Notes under the pieces: generated by a model
What the model was told of the DNA's origin: nothing
Database searches by the model: none
Seen by the model: only the letters and a program-made list of their open reading frames with translations
Position numbers and translations under genes: made by a program
Shown: piece after piece, positions 41,043 through 42,034 of the stretch
Layout: each line of letters starts with the position of its first letter
How positions within the stretch are numbered: position 1 is the first letter of the stretch
Source: Deltaproteobacteria bacterium GWA2_55_10
Lineage (GTDB): Bacteria > Desulfobacterota > GWC2-55-46
DNA: 42,034 nt
Reading direction: 5' to 3'
NCBI GenBank assembly: GCA_001797415.1
Contig: MGPL01000081.1
Coordinates: 1-42,034 of the forward strand

Positions 41043-42034
41043 ATGGCCGATTTTTATCATTCGGGTGCGATAACCACTCTCCACAAGCTCGGCAAACCCA
41101 AGTCAGAACGCTTACTGGCTGAGCTTGAGCTCTACAGCCTTGTGCGCCCAATTGCCCTCGTGCTGCCCGCCCTTTACTCGGACGTGATGAGCGAGGCCAT
41201 GAAGGGCATAAGGGAGGAGCTTGGCAAGGCGAGGTTCATAAGGGAGATCGTGCTGGCGCTCGGCCCCGCGACCGACGAGGAGTTCAGGAACACAAAGGAG
41301 TTCCTCTCCGTCCTGCCGCAGGAGACTACGATAATCCACACCAGCGGTATGAGGATGAAAGAGCTGTACAGGATGCTGGAAGAGAAGGGAGTGAGCCCGG
41401 GCCTTGATGGAAAGGGGCGCTCCGCCTGGACGGCCTACGGCTACGTGCTGGCCAGCGGCAGGTCAGGCATGATTGCCCTTCACGACTGCGACATACAGAA
41501 CTACAACCTGGACCTGCTCGGCAGGCTCTGCTACCCGGTCGTTAGCCCCACGCTCGACTATGTCTTCTGCAAGGGTTTCTACGCGCGAGTGACAGACAGG
41601 ATGCACGGCAGGGTCACCAGGCTCTTCCTCGGTCCGCTCGTGAAGGCCCTCCAGAAGATGACCAGCAGCCATCCTTTTCTCGACTTCCTCGATTCGTTCA
41701 GGTATCCGCTTGCAGGAGAGTTCTCGATGACAATGGACGTCGCGAGGATAAACAGGATACCGTGGGACTGGGGGCTCGAGGTCGGGATGCTCTCGGAGGT
41801 CTACAGGAACTATTCGACCAAGAGGATATGCCAGGTCGACATTGCGGAGAACTACGAGCACAAGCACCAGGTCCTCTCGGCCGATGACCCTTCAACGGGC
41901 CTCATGAAGATGAGCATAGATATCGCCAAATCGATATTCAGGAGCCTTGCCTCTGAAGGGCTGGTCTTCTCTGACGGGTTTTTCAAATCGCTCATGGCGT
42001 CCTATCTCAGGATGGCCGAGGACAGCATTGTGAA
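41043..42034 (+). CDS. gpgS: Glucosyl-3-phosphoglycerate synthase-like GT81 glycosyltransferase, C-terminus cut by the window edge
   Basis: Absent from the ORF track because there is no stop within the window. ATG 41043 follows GGGAGGAGG: MADFYHSGAITTLHKLG…PIALVLPALY…GKGRSAWTAYGY…IALHDCDI…CKGFYARVTDRMHGRVTRLFLGPL…YPLAGEFSM…WGLEVGMLSEV. These blocks are colinear with the conserved GpgS/MpgS blocks as I recall them. Confidence 0.7.
   Translation, partial: MADFYHSGAITTLHKLGKPKSERLLAELELYSLVRPIALVLPALYSDVMSEAMKGIREELGKARFIREIVLALGPATDEEFRNTKEFLSVLPQETTIIHTSGMRMKELYRMLEEKGVSPGLDGKGRSAWTAYGYVLASGRSGMIALHDCDIQNYNLDLLGRLCYPVVSPTLDYVFCKGFYARVTDRMHGRVTRLFLGPLVKALQKMTSSHPFLDFLDSFRYPLAGEFSMTMDVARINRIPWDWGLEVGMLSEVYRNYSTKRICQVDIAENYEHKHQVLSADDPSTGLMKMSIDIAKSIFRSLASEGLVFSDGFFKSLMASYLRMAEDSIV

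Noticed and set aside
1-42034. A genomic island, prophage or defence system
   Set aside because: I recognised no integrase, transposase, recombinase, tRNA attachment site, restriction-modification, toxin-antitoxin, Cas, retron or phage structural genes. The gene content is housekeeping and metabolic, and codon usage looks uniform by eye.

Overview
This is a 42-kb chromosomal segment from a diderm-type bacterium (porin, lipoproteins, M23 peptidase and amidase cell-wall enzymes). It carries the anaerobic (cbi) cobalamin pathway. By eye it is moderately GC-rich, with heavy AGG and ATA codon use. I saw no rRNA, tRNA, CRISPR array, transposase, integrase or phage genes, so it does not look like a classical mobile island. 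Positions 1-24991 are coded entirely on the minus strand. That stretch holds: (i) modABC behind a Moco-type riboswitch; (ii) an HTH-PilZ fusion followed by a PAS histidine kinase; (iii) a roughly 14-kb, 16-gene operon led by a textbook cobalamin riboswitch; (iv) a DAC-domain diadenylate cyclase translationally coupled to trmJ; (v) an RpoS-like sigma factor next to a Ca-binding-repeat protein; (vi) perR-ahpC plus an unannotated 41-aa CxxC zinc-ribbon ORF. The riboswitch-led operon reads cbiX-cbiC fusion, cbiM(N)QO, a porin, an unannotated 56-aa cbtB plus a small membrane partner, cbiD, cbiET, cbiL, cbiF, a VanZ-like gene, a creatininase-family gene, cbiG, cbiH, deoB. The right 17 kb has mixed strands: ogt, ackA, an M23 peptidase, a REC-HD-GYP regulator, gltA-chaN, cspA, amidase-rph-rdgB, and an osmoadaptation locus. 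That locus holds a CaCA antiporter, an MpgP-like phosphatase, a glycosyltransferase, two mechanosensitive-channel proteins and a GpgS-like synthase truncated at the window edge. The most unusual signal is non-coding. A ~130-bp structured repeat with terminal inverted repeats occurs seven times, always intergenic and always in the same orientation. Two further MITE-like palindromic elements are also present. These repeats sit inside riboswitch leaders and operons, and they create false N-terminal extensions in the ORF track. I found no clear novel multi-gene system such as a defence locus. The best candidates for new biology are the repeat family, the accessory genes embedded in the B12 operon, and the HTH-PilZ regulator.
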